Below are positions 25,841-38,871 of a stretch of DNA of 64,000 nt, piece after piece. The notes under the pieces are model-generated. The model worked only from the letters and a program-made list of their open reading frames with translations, searched no databases and was not told the DNA's origin. The stretch spans positions 8,370,001 through 8,434,000 of the forward strand of contig OZ176055.1 in NCBI GenBank assembly GCA_964247055.1, read 5' to 3'. Source of the stretch: Paragordius varius (lineage: Eukaryota > Animalia > Nematomorpha). Each line of letters begins with the position of its first letter. Within the stretch, counting starts at the first letter, position 1. The position numbers and the translations under genes are program-made.

Positions 25841-27601
25841 TTATTCATTGGTATATTTTTTTGAGCGAATGCGTTTTAGCAGATTGTCATCATTTTTTAA
25901 AATATTGTAGAAAAGTCTTTACAAGAATTTGTCAAATTATATTTGACAGATAAGATGGCCTTTAAAGTTTCAACATTTAAATTTGATTTTTCCAATGTCC
26001 ACGCCTGATTTACTGTGGAAAAAAACGCGCTCAGTAGCAGCGTTGGTTCCAGGTAAAGATAGTGCGAATTCCACAATTTTTAAAATATTATTGTATGTAT
26101 TATAGTTGGCTTCAAAATGATGAAATATTTCCAACCATTTCTTTTCTACTGTATATTTTTCTTTTGTCCATAATTTAAGTTTTTCATTATTAATTATCTT
26201 TTAACTAATGATACTTCAGAAAAAAGATCATTTTCTGAGATTACTTTTTGAGAATTTTTGGGAGCAGATATAACCAAATGATTTTTGAACATCACACCAA
26301 TTAATTCTGATTTTAATGTTATCCAATGAAAATGATCCATTTTATTGAATTGCGTCGTCCAATCTTCCAAATGATCTTTACAGTTTGTATAAAACATTTT
26401 TATATGGTACAGGATATCTTGGCGATTTATTATTCCTTGTTTTTCTAAATTATTTATTATATTACGGATGATTAATGGTATAAAATTATTTTCTAACCGT
26501 TCTTGACATTTTTAGGTTACTAACTTCATTGGCTACTTCGATTGCTGAAATTTTGTCACCTTCTATAAATTTAATAACATTTTGAAACAGAGAAGCTTGA
26601 TTATGTAAGAATAACCATATTTTTGAAGAATCACTTTCAAAAAACTTTTTTAAAGTTGAAGGACATTTGTCCCGTGATAAAAAAAAATTTAAAGGATCAT
26701 ACATTTTTAAAATACTTTCGATAGCTGGCATAAAAGCTAACCAACGAGTTTTACAATATCCAAGCATTTTTTGATATTTCTGCATTTTCACAGAATTCTT
26801 TAATCGTTTCAACACGTACCGTGGATACATATAAATAGGAATATATTTTAACAACTACATTTTCCACATCTAAGGGTAACAAATCAGCAGCTGTTTGAAT
26901 AGCTTTGTGTATTATATGCACTGCACACCCAACGCCAATAATGTTTTGATTAAGATTATCTGTTAATTTATGAAAAGTATTTTTTGTTCCCCTCCTTGCT
27001 TTTCCACCAAAGTTCGTATTGGTGTTGTCAGCGCAATATGCGATAATTTTGTCTTTTAAATTATTTTTTTCTAGAATATTCATTATTGGAGTAAATATTA
27101 TTTCGGAATTTACACCGGGTAGAGAAATTAAATCTAAAATTTTGGGAAATAATTTTGTTTCATGGTAATTTGATGCATCAGAGTATAGGGATAAGATATT
27201 AATTTTCAGCAAATCTTTTTGTATTTCAGAAAATGCATGTGGCGAAAGGACATTGCACACAATGGCTTTGGCCTTTATACGGGCACATGTAAATTTTTTA
27301 TGGAATAATATGCGAATAACCTAGATACAGTCCATAGATCTAAAGGAATGATTGTGATTAACGGCGTGAAAAGACTCCAAATGCGGTTTTTCGAAAAAAA
27401 TCGCTCATTTTGTAATGCCGCCATATCTAAACGTTTTTTATGTTTCTGTGTTTCCATATGCTTTGTAGTATCATGCTTCCATGTGCTAGGGTGAATTCCC
27501 CCTCGCATATAAGACATTTAACAAATGATTCATTCTTCGTTTTTTTGCTAAAGGAAAATCTTTCATTAATTCATCGTTGAATTACCTCTTTTTGTGCTCA
27601 T
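25841..27601 (-). pseudogene. Frameshifted hAT transposase
   Basis: N-terminal BED-like finger (KCLICEGEF..HG..KH..TQKH), YCADNTNTNFGG, GVGCAVHIIH, YCKTRWLAF and C-terminal dimerisation motif LSLPGTNAATERVF, spread over several frames. Confidence 0.88.
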
Positions 27602-28264
27602 ATTTATAAACTATTAGTATAATAAATATTATATTACCTTAATTTTCTAGAATAAACTTGTAAGGTACCGATTTGTGGTATCAATTTGTCTTTTAAGCTA
27701 CCGATTTGTGGTATTAACTTGGTTTTTGATAAATGACAGTAGTAGTAGGAAGCAAAGTGTATAATCATATGATATAAATTCGAAAAAAAATAAATATTTT
27801 TAAAATAAAAATAAAAAATTTTAATTTAAAATTTAAACGGATAAAAAAATTTATTTGTATTAAAATTTTTTTTTTATATAATCGTGAAAAAGCGGGACAT
27901 TTTAAAACGTAGCGGGAGGCGGGACAAAGTGTGAAAAAGCGGGGTCCCGCCAAAAGCGGGACGTCTGGTCACCTTAATTATGCCTAAAAATAGTATTAAG
28001 TAGGCTTCAACAAAATTTTGCTAAAAATTAAGTATTTTTTAAAAGTATGCATATTATTAAAAATATTTTTTTAATGTCAAAATTTAGCATATATTTAAAA
28101 TTCTTATCGCGCCGATCATTATTACGTTTATTTTAACACATGCATATTGGGGTAACTAAATATCCCAGACAATATTTAAGTTGATATTTTTAAAAAACTA
28201 CTAAAAGAAACGGTTTCAATATAAATATATGCTTCTCCTATTAAAAATTATATAGATAAGTGTA

Positions 28265-31200
28265 AATCTATATATTTATAAAAATGGAAAATGCTGGCTT
28301 TGTGATCGGTCCGGAAAACCGGTAGACTCATTCAAATCCAAATGTCGAAAAAATATAATCATTAATAAATGCCCTGACAATAGCTTCGCCCTTTTTTGAA
28401 TTAGGTTCCCAGTTCGGGCCCACCTGGTGTGAAAAACGGGTTTTTTTGGTCCATAAAAAGTTTCTCTTCGAGACAGTTTTCCAGAGAACGTGTTGGACCA
28501 TTCAATTTTAAATATAATTTTTATTTTCGATTGCGCCGAGGATAGTCGGCTCGAGGCCCTCTTTTTACCCGCTCCCCCCGTAAAATGTCATTTATTCAAA
28601 AAAAAAACAAAGTCTACAAAAATAATTTTTTAATTCTATTTTTTGCCCAAGGTATGAGACCGTAAAAATTCAATAAGGATTTAGGTATTCCCTGTTAAAA
28701 GGCAAAAATTTTAGTCAAGCGTTTGTTTGATGATAACTGCTGAGTAAGGAGCTACCCGCGAAAAATTGACTCGTCATATCGAAGTAGCATGATTTTGGGG
28801 CTAAATTTCAGAAAACCTATCAAGCCATATGAGTTAAATAGCTTCTTAAAGTATTACCCGTAAAAAGTCAAAAATTTTAGTCGAGCGGATTATTTGAATT
28901 AGCCGTTAAATAGGCCCTTTACTCCCTAAAAAATGCGTTATCGTTGCATTATTATTTAGTTTTGAAGCCATTTTTCCATAAAGTATTAGGAATGAACGGT
29001 GATTCCAGGTATAAAGGCAAATTTTTTTATCTAACTACATTTTTATATTGGCCTGTGAGTAGTGGGTCGTACCCGCCTACAACTGCGGCATCATATCGAT
29101 ACAGCTTGCCTTTGGAGCCAAATTTCAGAAAACTTATGAGACTATGTGATTCATTTTACTACAAGCCGCATAATAAAATTGTTTATAAAATCAAATATGC
29201 CCCTTACCCCCAGAAGTCCGAAGGATTTCGAGCTGAGTAGCAGCACGAGATTTACGCTAGTATTTAAATAAGAATTAGTTTAGAAAAAAAGTTACGTAAC
29301 TACTTCGACTGCATTTTTATTTTACAACATTTTTGCAAAATATCGTGTTTTTTATTTAAATTACATTTTATATTTATATGTACAGAAAAATGGTATATTG
29401 TGCGTTATTTTTATATTTAACTTATGTCCACTTGTCATGTTGGCTATTTGCATATGGGTTTTACTTCTTATTGAGTAATATTTTTTATATATTTTTTTCG
29501 GTTCATTAATGTTATATAAGTGCGAATTTTTGTGGTTTTAATTCATTCCATATTTTTATATATATTTAATTTAACAAGGCTGGGCTATCCAACTATCGCA
29601 ATTCGAATCGAAAAACTTAAATGAATGTGTTGTATACAAGTGTTAAAAGATCTATCCCATTGAAGCGAGAAAAAATTTATGACTTTCGGACCCCACATCT
29701 AAAAATTAAAATATTTTAAAAGCATGATAATCCTGATATATTATGTTATCAGAATAGATATATATTTCTAATGGTCATTTTTTTGTGGACACAGTGTTAT
29801 TTCATCAGGTAGTTTTTTGTGGACACTGTGTAATATTGCAAATTATCTAAAATGTTTTCACTGCAAAAATGGGAAGACTAAAAAATATCCTGATAAACAT
29901 ATGTCTGATAGATAAATGTAACAGGATTATCATTGTTCTTTTGGATTTTGGACCTGATTGATTTAAAAAAAATATTTACTCTTGTGTGGTATTTTCTCTG
30001 TATCAAAAAACCGCCATTGTGCAGTTTCTGCTAAATTTTGTAAAAACTAAATACATAATTCCAAAATGTATAATTGAATCATATCATATACATTTAAAAG
30101 GCAAAATAATATTAAAATAATAATTTTTTAGTTGTAGAATCCGAAAGTCTCAAATTTTTGGGCCCTTCTAAAATGGGCTATTATAACACAAAAATGCCGA
30201 GGTGTTGCGAGAAAAATTTATAAAACATGTAAAATTATGACATCATAAAGAATCAATTTTAAAACCGCCATACTTTCTTGATATTGGAATTAGCCAATAG
30301 AACCGTGTTTATTGTATTTCGGAGCGGTGACGGTAGAAAAATATTTACAGATATTTACAAATACACATTTTCTTTACATGTCGCCAAAATCGAGTGGTAT
30401 AAATATATCCTGTAGAAATAAATAGAAAATGAATCAGGATTATCTTCATGCTTTTGGTTTTGGCCCTTACTGATTTAAAAAAGTTATTTACACTAAAAGC
30501 CTTATATCTGATAATAGCAAAGCTTGCGCACATTGAATTGTGATGAAACCTAAATGCTTAATTGTGATAAATATCACTAAAAAATCTCATAATCTATATA
30601 TTTATAAAAATGGAAAATGCTGGCTTTGTGATCTGGTACAGGAAAAACGGTACACCCATTCAAATACAAACTTCGAAAAAATATAATCATTAATGAATGC
30701 CCCGACAATAGCTTCGCCCTTTTTTTGAAATAGGCCCCCAGTTCGGGCCCACCCCGTGTGAAAAACGGTTTTTTTTGAAAACAGAAGTCCACAAAAATCG
30801 TGTCTTTGAGACAATTTTCCGGAGAACGTGTTGGACCATTCAATTTTAAATATGATTTTTGTTTACTTATTTTCGATTGCGCTGAACATAGCCGAGCCAC
30901 ATTTTTGATTTAGGCCGTCTTTTTACCCGCTCCCCCCGTGAAATGCCACCTTTTTCAAAAAACAAAGTCCACAAAAATAATTTTTTAAATCGATTTTTCG
31001 CCCAAGGTATGAGACCGTAAAAATTCAATAAGGATTTAGGTATTCCCTGTTAAAAGGCAAAAATTTTAGTCAAGCGTTTGTTTGATGATAACTGCTGAGT
31101 AAGGAGCTACCCGCGAAAAATTGACTCGTCATATCGAAGTAGCATGATTTTGGGGCTAAATTTCAGAAAACCTATCAAGCCATATGAGTTAAATAGCTTC

Positions 31201-34200
31201 TTAAAGTATTACCCGTAAAAAGTCAAAAATTTTAGTCGAGCGGATTATTTGAATTAGCCGTTAAATAGGCCCTTTACTCCCTAAAAAATGCGTTATCGTT
31301 GCATTATTATTTAGTTTTGAAGCCATTTTTCCATAAAGTATTAGGAATGAACGGTGATTCCAGGTATAAAGGCAAATTTTTTTATCTAACTACATTTTTA
31401 TATTGGCCTGTGAGTAGTGGGTCGTACCCGCCTACAACTGCGGCATCATATCGATACAGCTTGCCTTTGGAGCCAAATTTCAGAAAACTTATGAGACTAT
31501 GTGATTCATTTTACTACATGCCGCATAATAAAATTGTTTATAAAATCAAATATGCCCCTTACCCCCAGAAGTCCGAAGGATTTCGAGCTGAGTAGCAGCA
31601 CGAGATTTACGCTAGTATTTAAATAAGAATTAGTTTAGAAAAAAAGTTACGTAACTACTTCGACTGCATTTTTATTTTACAACATTTTTGCAAAATATCG
31701 TGTTTTTTATTTAAATTACATTTTATATTTATATGTACAGAAAAATGGTATATTGTGCGTTATTTTTATATTTAACTTATGTCCACTTGTCATGTTGGCT
31801 ATTTGCATATGGGTTTTACTTCTTATTGAGTAATATTTTTTATATATTTTTTTCGGTTCATTAATGTTATATAAGTGCGAATTTTTGTGGTTTTAATTCA
31901 TTCCATATTTTTATATATATTTAATTTAACAAGGCTGGGCTATCCAACTATCGCAATTCGAATCGAAAAACTTAAATGAATGTGTTGTATACAAGTGTTA
32001 AAAGATCTATCCCATTGAAGCGAGAAAAAATTTATGACTTTCGGACCCCACATCTAAAAATTAAAATATTTTAAAAGCATGATAATCCTGATATATTATG
32101 TTATCAGAATAGATATATATTTCTAATGGTCATTTTTTTGTGGACACAGTGTTATTTCATCAGGTAGTTTTTTGTGGACACTGTGTAATATTGCAAATTA
32201 TCTAAAATGTTTTCACTGCAAAAATGGGAAGACTAAAAAATATCCTGATAAACATATGTCTGATAGATAAATGTAACAGGATTATCATTGTTCTTTTGGA
32301 TTTTGGACCTGATTGATTTAAAAAAAATATTTACTCTTGTGTGGTATTTTCTCTGTATCAAAAAACCGCCATTGTGCAGTTTCTGCTAAATTTTGTAAAA
32401 ACTAAATACATAATTCCAAAATGTATAATTGAATCATATCATATACATTTAAAAGGCAAAATAATATTAAAATAATAATTTTTTAGTTGTAGAATCCGAA
32501 AGTCTCAAATTTTTGGGCCCTTCTAAAATGGGCTATTATAACACAAAAATGCCGAGGTGTTGCGAGAAAAATTTATAAAACATGTAAAATTATGACATCA
32601 TAAAGAATCAATTTTAAAACCGCCATACTTTCTTGATATTGGAATTAGCCAATAGAACCGTGTTTATTGTATTTCGGAGCGGTGACGGTAGAAAAATATT
32701 TACAGATATTTACAAATACACATTTTCTTTACATGTCGCCAAAATCGAGTGGTATAAATATATCCTGTAGAAATAAATAGAAAATGAATCAGGATTATCT
32801 TCATGCTTTTGGTTTTGGCCCTTACTGATTTCAAAAAGTTATTTACACTAAAAGCCTTATATCTGATAATAGCAAAGCTTGCGCACATTGAATTGTGATG
32901 AAACCTAAATGCTTAATTGTGATAAATATCACTAAAAAATCTCATAATCTATATATTTATAAAAATGGAAAATGCTGGCTTTGTGATCTGGTACAGGAAA
33001 AACGGTACACCCATTCAAATACAAACTTCGAAAAAATATAATCATTAATGAATGCCCCGACAATAGCTTCGCCCTTTTTTTGAAATAGGCCCCCAGTTCG
33101 GGCCCACCCCGTGTGAAAAACGGTTTTTTTTTGAAAACAGAAGTCCACAAAAATCGTGTCTTTGAGACAATTTTCCGGAGAACGTGTTGGACCATTCAAT
33201 TTTAAATATGATTTTTGTTTACTTATTTTCGATTGCGCTGAACATAGCCGAGCCACATTTTTGATTTAGGCCGTCTTTTTACCCGCTCCCCCCGTGAAAT
33301 GCCACCTTTTTCAAAAAACAAAGTCCACAAAAATAATTTTTTAAATCGATTTTTCGCCCTAGGTATGAGACCGTAAAAATTCAATATGGATTACACGTTT
33401 TCCCTGTTAAAAAGTAAAAATTTTAGTCTACCGTTTGTTTGATGATAGCTGCTGGGTAAGGAGCTACCCGCTAAAAACTGATTTTTCATATAACTTTGTG
33501 ATCTGTTTCCGGAAAACCGGTGAACCCAATCAAATCCAAACATCGAAAAAATATAATCATCAATGAATGCCTCGACAATAGCTTCGCCATTTTTTTGAAA
33601 TAGGCCCCCAGTTCGGGCCCACCCCGTGTAAAAAACGGGTATTTTTGAGACAATTTTCCGGAGAACGTGTTGGGCCATTCAATTTCAAATATGATTTTTG
33701 TTTACTTATTTTTGATCGCGCCGAACATAGTCGGCCCGCTTTTTTTATTTAGGCCCTCTTTATACCCGCTACCCCCGTAAAATGCCACTTTTTTCAAAAA
33801 AACTAAGTTCATCAAAATATTTTTTTGAATGTATTTTTCGCACAAGGTATGAAACCGTAGGGATTCGATAAGGATTCCAGCTAATCCCTGTTAAAAGCCA
33901 AAAATTTTACTCAGGCGTTTTTTTAATGATAGCTGCTGGGTAGGGAGATAACCGCTAAAAACCGACCCGTCATATCGTTTTTGCGTGCTTTTGGGGTTAA
34001 ATTTCAGAAAACTGATCGGGCCATAGCTCAATAGCTTCTAAAAATATCACCCGCAACAAGGTGAAAATTTACATCGTGCGGTTATTTTTAAATTAGTCCT
34101 TAATTTAGCCGTACACGCCCTGATAAATCCGCCCCCATATAATGATTTTTTACCTTTTTGACAATTTATTCAAAAACAAATAAGAGCATATGGAACTAAT

Positions 34201-35490
34201 CATTCCAGCTATTCTCCGTAGAAAGCTAAAATTTTTAATCAGGCGCATTTTTTCTATCAGCTTATGGGTAGGGAGCTACCCGCCTAAAACTGCGACACTA
34301 TATCGAATTTGCGTTGTTTAGGTATTATTTTTTAAAAAACTTATCAGGCCACATAAGTTTAAAAAAGTCCTGAATAATACCCGTAACAAGGCAAAAATGT
34401 AAGACCCGTGCCTTTTAAATTAGCGGTTAAATACGCCCGTTTGGCCGATAAAATGCGCTATCATTGATATAGTATTTAGTTTTGAAGCCATTCTTCCGAA
34501 AACAAATAAAAACATATATATAAATGTTTCCACGTATTCCATATGAAGGCAAAAATGTAAGACCCGCGCCTTTTAAATTAGCGGTTAAATACGCCCTTTA
34601 TGCCCGAAAAAATGCGCTAATGACATTATATCGATACAGCGTGACTTTGGAGTCAAATCTTAGAAATGTTTGACAGGGGCCTGAAATAATACGTGTAAAG
34701 GACGATATATTATGTATAACCGTTTTATTATATTACCCACTAATTAGGCTCCTGCCCTGAAAAATGCGCCATCATTGAATATCACAATTATGTTAATTCC
34801 TATTAATGATTATTTTTTTCGATATTTGGATTTGATTGGGTCTACCGGTTTTCCTGTACCAGATCACAAAGCCAGCATTTTCCATGTTTATAAATATATA
34901 GATTACCATAAATAATGTATTAATATCCATATATCTTTTAACATGCTATACATATGATAGATACTCCTTACTCAGCATCTATCATCAAAGAAACGCCTGA
35001 CTAAAATTTTTGCCTTTTAACAGGCATTACGAAAAATCCTTCTCGAATTTTTACAGTCTCATACCTTGGGCAAAAAAATACAATCAAAAAAATATTTTTG
35101 TGGACTTTTTTTTTCGAAAAAAATGGCATTTTACGGGGGGAGCGGGTAAAAAGAGGGCCTAAATCAAAAAAGTGACTCGACTATGTTCGGCGCAAAAGTA
35201 AACAAAAATCATATTTGAAATTGAATGGATCCAACACGTTCTCCAAAAAATTGACTTAACCCATTTTTCACACGGGGTGGGCCCAAACTGGGGACCTAAT
35301 TCCAAAAAAGGGCGAAGCTATTGTCGGGGCATTCATTAATGATTAAATTTTTTCGATGTTTGGATTTGAATGGGTTCACCGGTTTTCCGGAAACAGATCA
35401 CAAAGTTATATGAAAAATCAGTTTTTAGCGGGTAGCTCCTTATCCAGCAGCTATCATCAAATAAACGGTGGACTAAAATTTTTGCCTTTT
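28265..35490. repeat. Mosaic of about 500-bp GC-richer repeat modules in both orientations
   Basis: Module ggaaaatgctggctttgtgatc...gacaatagcttcgcc...cagttcgggccc...aaggtatgagaccg...cctgttaaaagg at about 28265, 30595, 32950 and 33495 (+) and inverted at about 34800-34905 and 34960-35490. Confidence 0.85.
28645..33355 (+). repeat. Tandem direct duplication, two copies of a 2,355-bp unit (28645-30999, 31000-33355)
   Basis: Constant 2,355 offset (e.g. ORFs 28944/31299 and 30345/32700); only three differences noticed by eye. Confidence 0.95.
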
Positions 35491-38400
35491 AACAGGTCAA
35501 ATATTTACAACTGGGACCTGATTCCCAAATTTCGCTCTTCTAGGCTAGTTTTCTTAAAATAAACGCATATATGCTAAATTTTGATATTAAATAAAATTAT
35601 TTTTTAAAAATGCATACTTTTTACGGAAAATTTATTTCTAAGAAAACTTTGTTCAAGCCACCACATATATTTTGAGGCAGGAGGTATAAAAAGGTTTTAA
35701 GATATTAAAAAACACTATTTAAAATCTATCATGCCATTTCTGCCTCAGAATTAAATTTAATGGTTTGTTTAGCTTCATATTATAATTTTTGCAAAAACTA
35801 AATTTATATTTAACATATATTTGAGGATGAACAAATATTTTAATCGAAATTCTGAGAGTATAGAAATATTTAGCATCATCAAATTATATGGAAAAAGTGT
35901 TTTTTAATATCTTGAGCGTTTTTATACCATTTCTTCCGTAAACAACAAATTTTGATAAAATTTAATTTTTAGAAAATGCTTTTCTTAAAAAATGTTTTTG
36001 GTTGTTATCAAAATTTAGCATATATTTATGATTTTTCGCGCAATCCCAGCATTTTATCGTTTATTACGAAACTAGATCATTTTAGAAGAGCGAAAAAATT
36101 CGAAACTTCGGTGTCCACCCACAAATTTAACACTTGGATACAAAATCATTTTAGTCCTTCGATTCAAATTGGGGTAGTTGAATCCAGGCATGTTTAAAAT
36201 CAAATACTTATAAAATATATATCATAAATAAATCGAAATACATAAAAAATATTATTCAAAAATATTTGATATTACTTTTTTTAAGCTGAAAACGAAAGGT
36301 AATTTCGTCATCGTGACATGTGTGAAATTATAAAATCAAAAAATAATACAAAATAAACCGCTATTCTCATTTAATCAATGTTAGATGTAATTTAAATAAA
36401 AAATAAGCTTTAATTTTACCCTTAAAATTATATGAAGACGATATTTTGCAAAAATTTTGTAAAAAAAATGGCGTCGATGCAGTTTGACATGGAACTATTT
36501 TTCAAAACATTTATTACGATAGAAGCATAAATTTAAATTGGGACCGTTTCCTTCAGTAGTTTTTTAAAAATATTAATTTAAATTTAGTCTGGGGTATTAA
36601 GATACTTCAATTTAAATCGAAGTGTTAAAATGTTTGAAAATATTGTTTTACTTTTTATATGTAGTTTCTCATATATAGTGATGTTTTTTAAAATAAAGCA
36701 TTTTTCGCCAAAAAAATTTTACTTAAAAAAATTTGCCCAAATTTTGCCATTTTTTGATATGAGACATGTTACACAAAAGTGTAAATATCTTTATCACTCA
36801 TAACCACAATGATAACATTTTTACTCCCTCAGAATATAAAATATTTTTTATTTTCGAATTTTGGTAGGTATATTGAATAATCAACCTTATATATCTAACT
36901 AAAATTTAAAAACCAATTAATTCTCGATAGATAGAAATGTTCAGCATCAACGAATTATAAAAAAATATATTTGTAATATCTAAAAGTATTTTTCTACCGT
37001 TTTATCATACTGTCAAATACCATGAATTCGTTTCAACAAAATTTTGATAAATAGATTTTTTAAAAAAACATTTTTTCATGTATTAATTACGATATTTTAG
37101 AATTTTTGCGTTTATGAGGGGGGCAAATTTAAAATTTCGAATCCCACAATATTCAAATTTTTTCATAATTGTTTCGCTTTTTAATATATGATAATTATTG
37201 ATATTTTTAGAATTCATTTAACTTTCCGATGTTAAGCATAATTTGCGTGAAATAAGTGGTAATTACCACAGAATTGTAAATATTTTTCAAATTCCTTGGA
37301 AGGGCCAAAACCATAAGTCCATGAGAATCCTAATGCATTTTATCGGAATATATGTATTTTTTATAGCTCCTAATTCTGTGCAGTGTAATAATAATCACAC
37401 ATATGCTAGGACTTATCCAAGAACTGAAAAGACAGGAACCAATTTTAGTTATAAAGGGAGTGTATGACAGCTAACGATTTAAAAAGTATATGAGACGATA
37501 TTTTTAAGGCTTATTTTACATGGGAGTGGAGATTTTAGCGCTTAGAAATCTTTCATTCACAAGCCAAATAAGTAGGACTATTAACATATTTATAACTTAT
37601 ATGATAACAAAAAACGGCTTCAAATTTATTTGAAGATTTGATTTTAACAAAAAATGCTATTTTAGAAGAAGGCCTAATTATTGGAGATAATTCAAAACAG
37701 AGGCTCTGCCAACTTCGATGCAAAAACCAAAAAATAAATTTTTAGCATTTTCTAGAAAAATTGCTTCAAAGCCAATATTTTTTCGAAAAACCCATTTTTC
37801 AGGGGGAAGGTGCTAAATTAAGGGTTAGATTTCAAAAATATAGAAGCTATAAAGATTTTAAATTTTTGAAATTTAGATAAATTTACGCATTTTTAAGTTT
37901 TCTCAAATTCTAGTTATAAATGGAAACTTTATTTTTACCATTTTATTCTAACTCTCATTTAACCTAACAGCTGTTTTTAAACAAAAAAGGGAGAGTGCAT
38001 AATTTTTAACAATATACCCTATATGATAATCGTACTTACCAAAATATTAACGCAAAGAGACGCGCACATATAATACGGGCAAATACTGCATAACTATTTG
38101 ACAGTGCTGGTACTTATAATCTAAACTGGTGGAAGATTTTTGATCTTATTTAAATCGCAAGATGCCTCTTATTCCATTTTTATGAGATTTTTAACAAAAT
38201 ATTAACCAACAATATAAATGATATAGCATCATGACAGGCCAACAAAATACGTATTAGAGGACATATTTCATTTTTAAATATGTCAAAGTGTAAGTTGAGG
38301 AAAAACAGTAAGGATAACTTAACACTTAAATACAACACATTCATTTCTGTTTTTAGACTTAAAATGAGGTAGTTGGATACTTCAGGTCTGTGAAAAATTA

Positions 38401-38871
38401 AATAAATCAAAACTATTAAATGAATTGATACCATGGCAAAAATTTTCACATTTATAACATTTTGAACCAAAATATATAAAAATTTTCATTCAAAAATATT
38501 TAATATTACTTATTTTTAGCTAAAACCTCAAGGTAAAATTTAGTCGAGATTACATGTGTGCATAAGCTAAATTTAAAAATAATAGAAACTAAACCATTTT
38601 TCTTTTCCTATCAATGTTAGATGTGATTTAAATAAAAATTTAGCTTTCATTTTAGCTTTAAAACCAAATAAGCATTATATTTTGCAAAAATGTTATAAAA
38701 TAAAAATGACGTCGAAGTAGTTTGGTTAACCAAATTTTATTTAGATATTTAGGTTTATTTATATAATTTTGATTAGGATAGCATAAATTTAAAAAGGAAT
38801 CCTTTCTTTCGGTAGTTTTCTAAAAATATAAGCTTAAATATAGTCTAGTGTATTTAGATACCCCACTTTAA

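Larger units (their letters stand above)
24827..27976 (-). mobile_element. hAT DNA transposon, 3,150 bp, complete ends
   Basis: 13-bp TIRs TAAGGTGACCAGA / TCTGGTCACCTTA; perfect 8-bp TSD ATTATGCC (24819-24826 and 27977-27984); subterminal GCGGGAC-like repeats. Confidence 0.95.

Noticed and set aside
28944-33678. Repeated ORF pairs (28944/31299, 30345/32700, 30577/32957 and others)
   Set aside because: They arise from the tandem duplication; a one-base indel shuffles their frames and no protein family is recognisable
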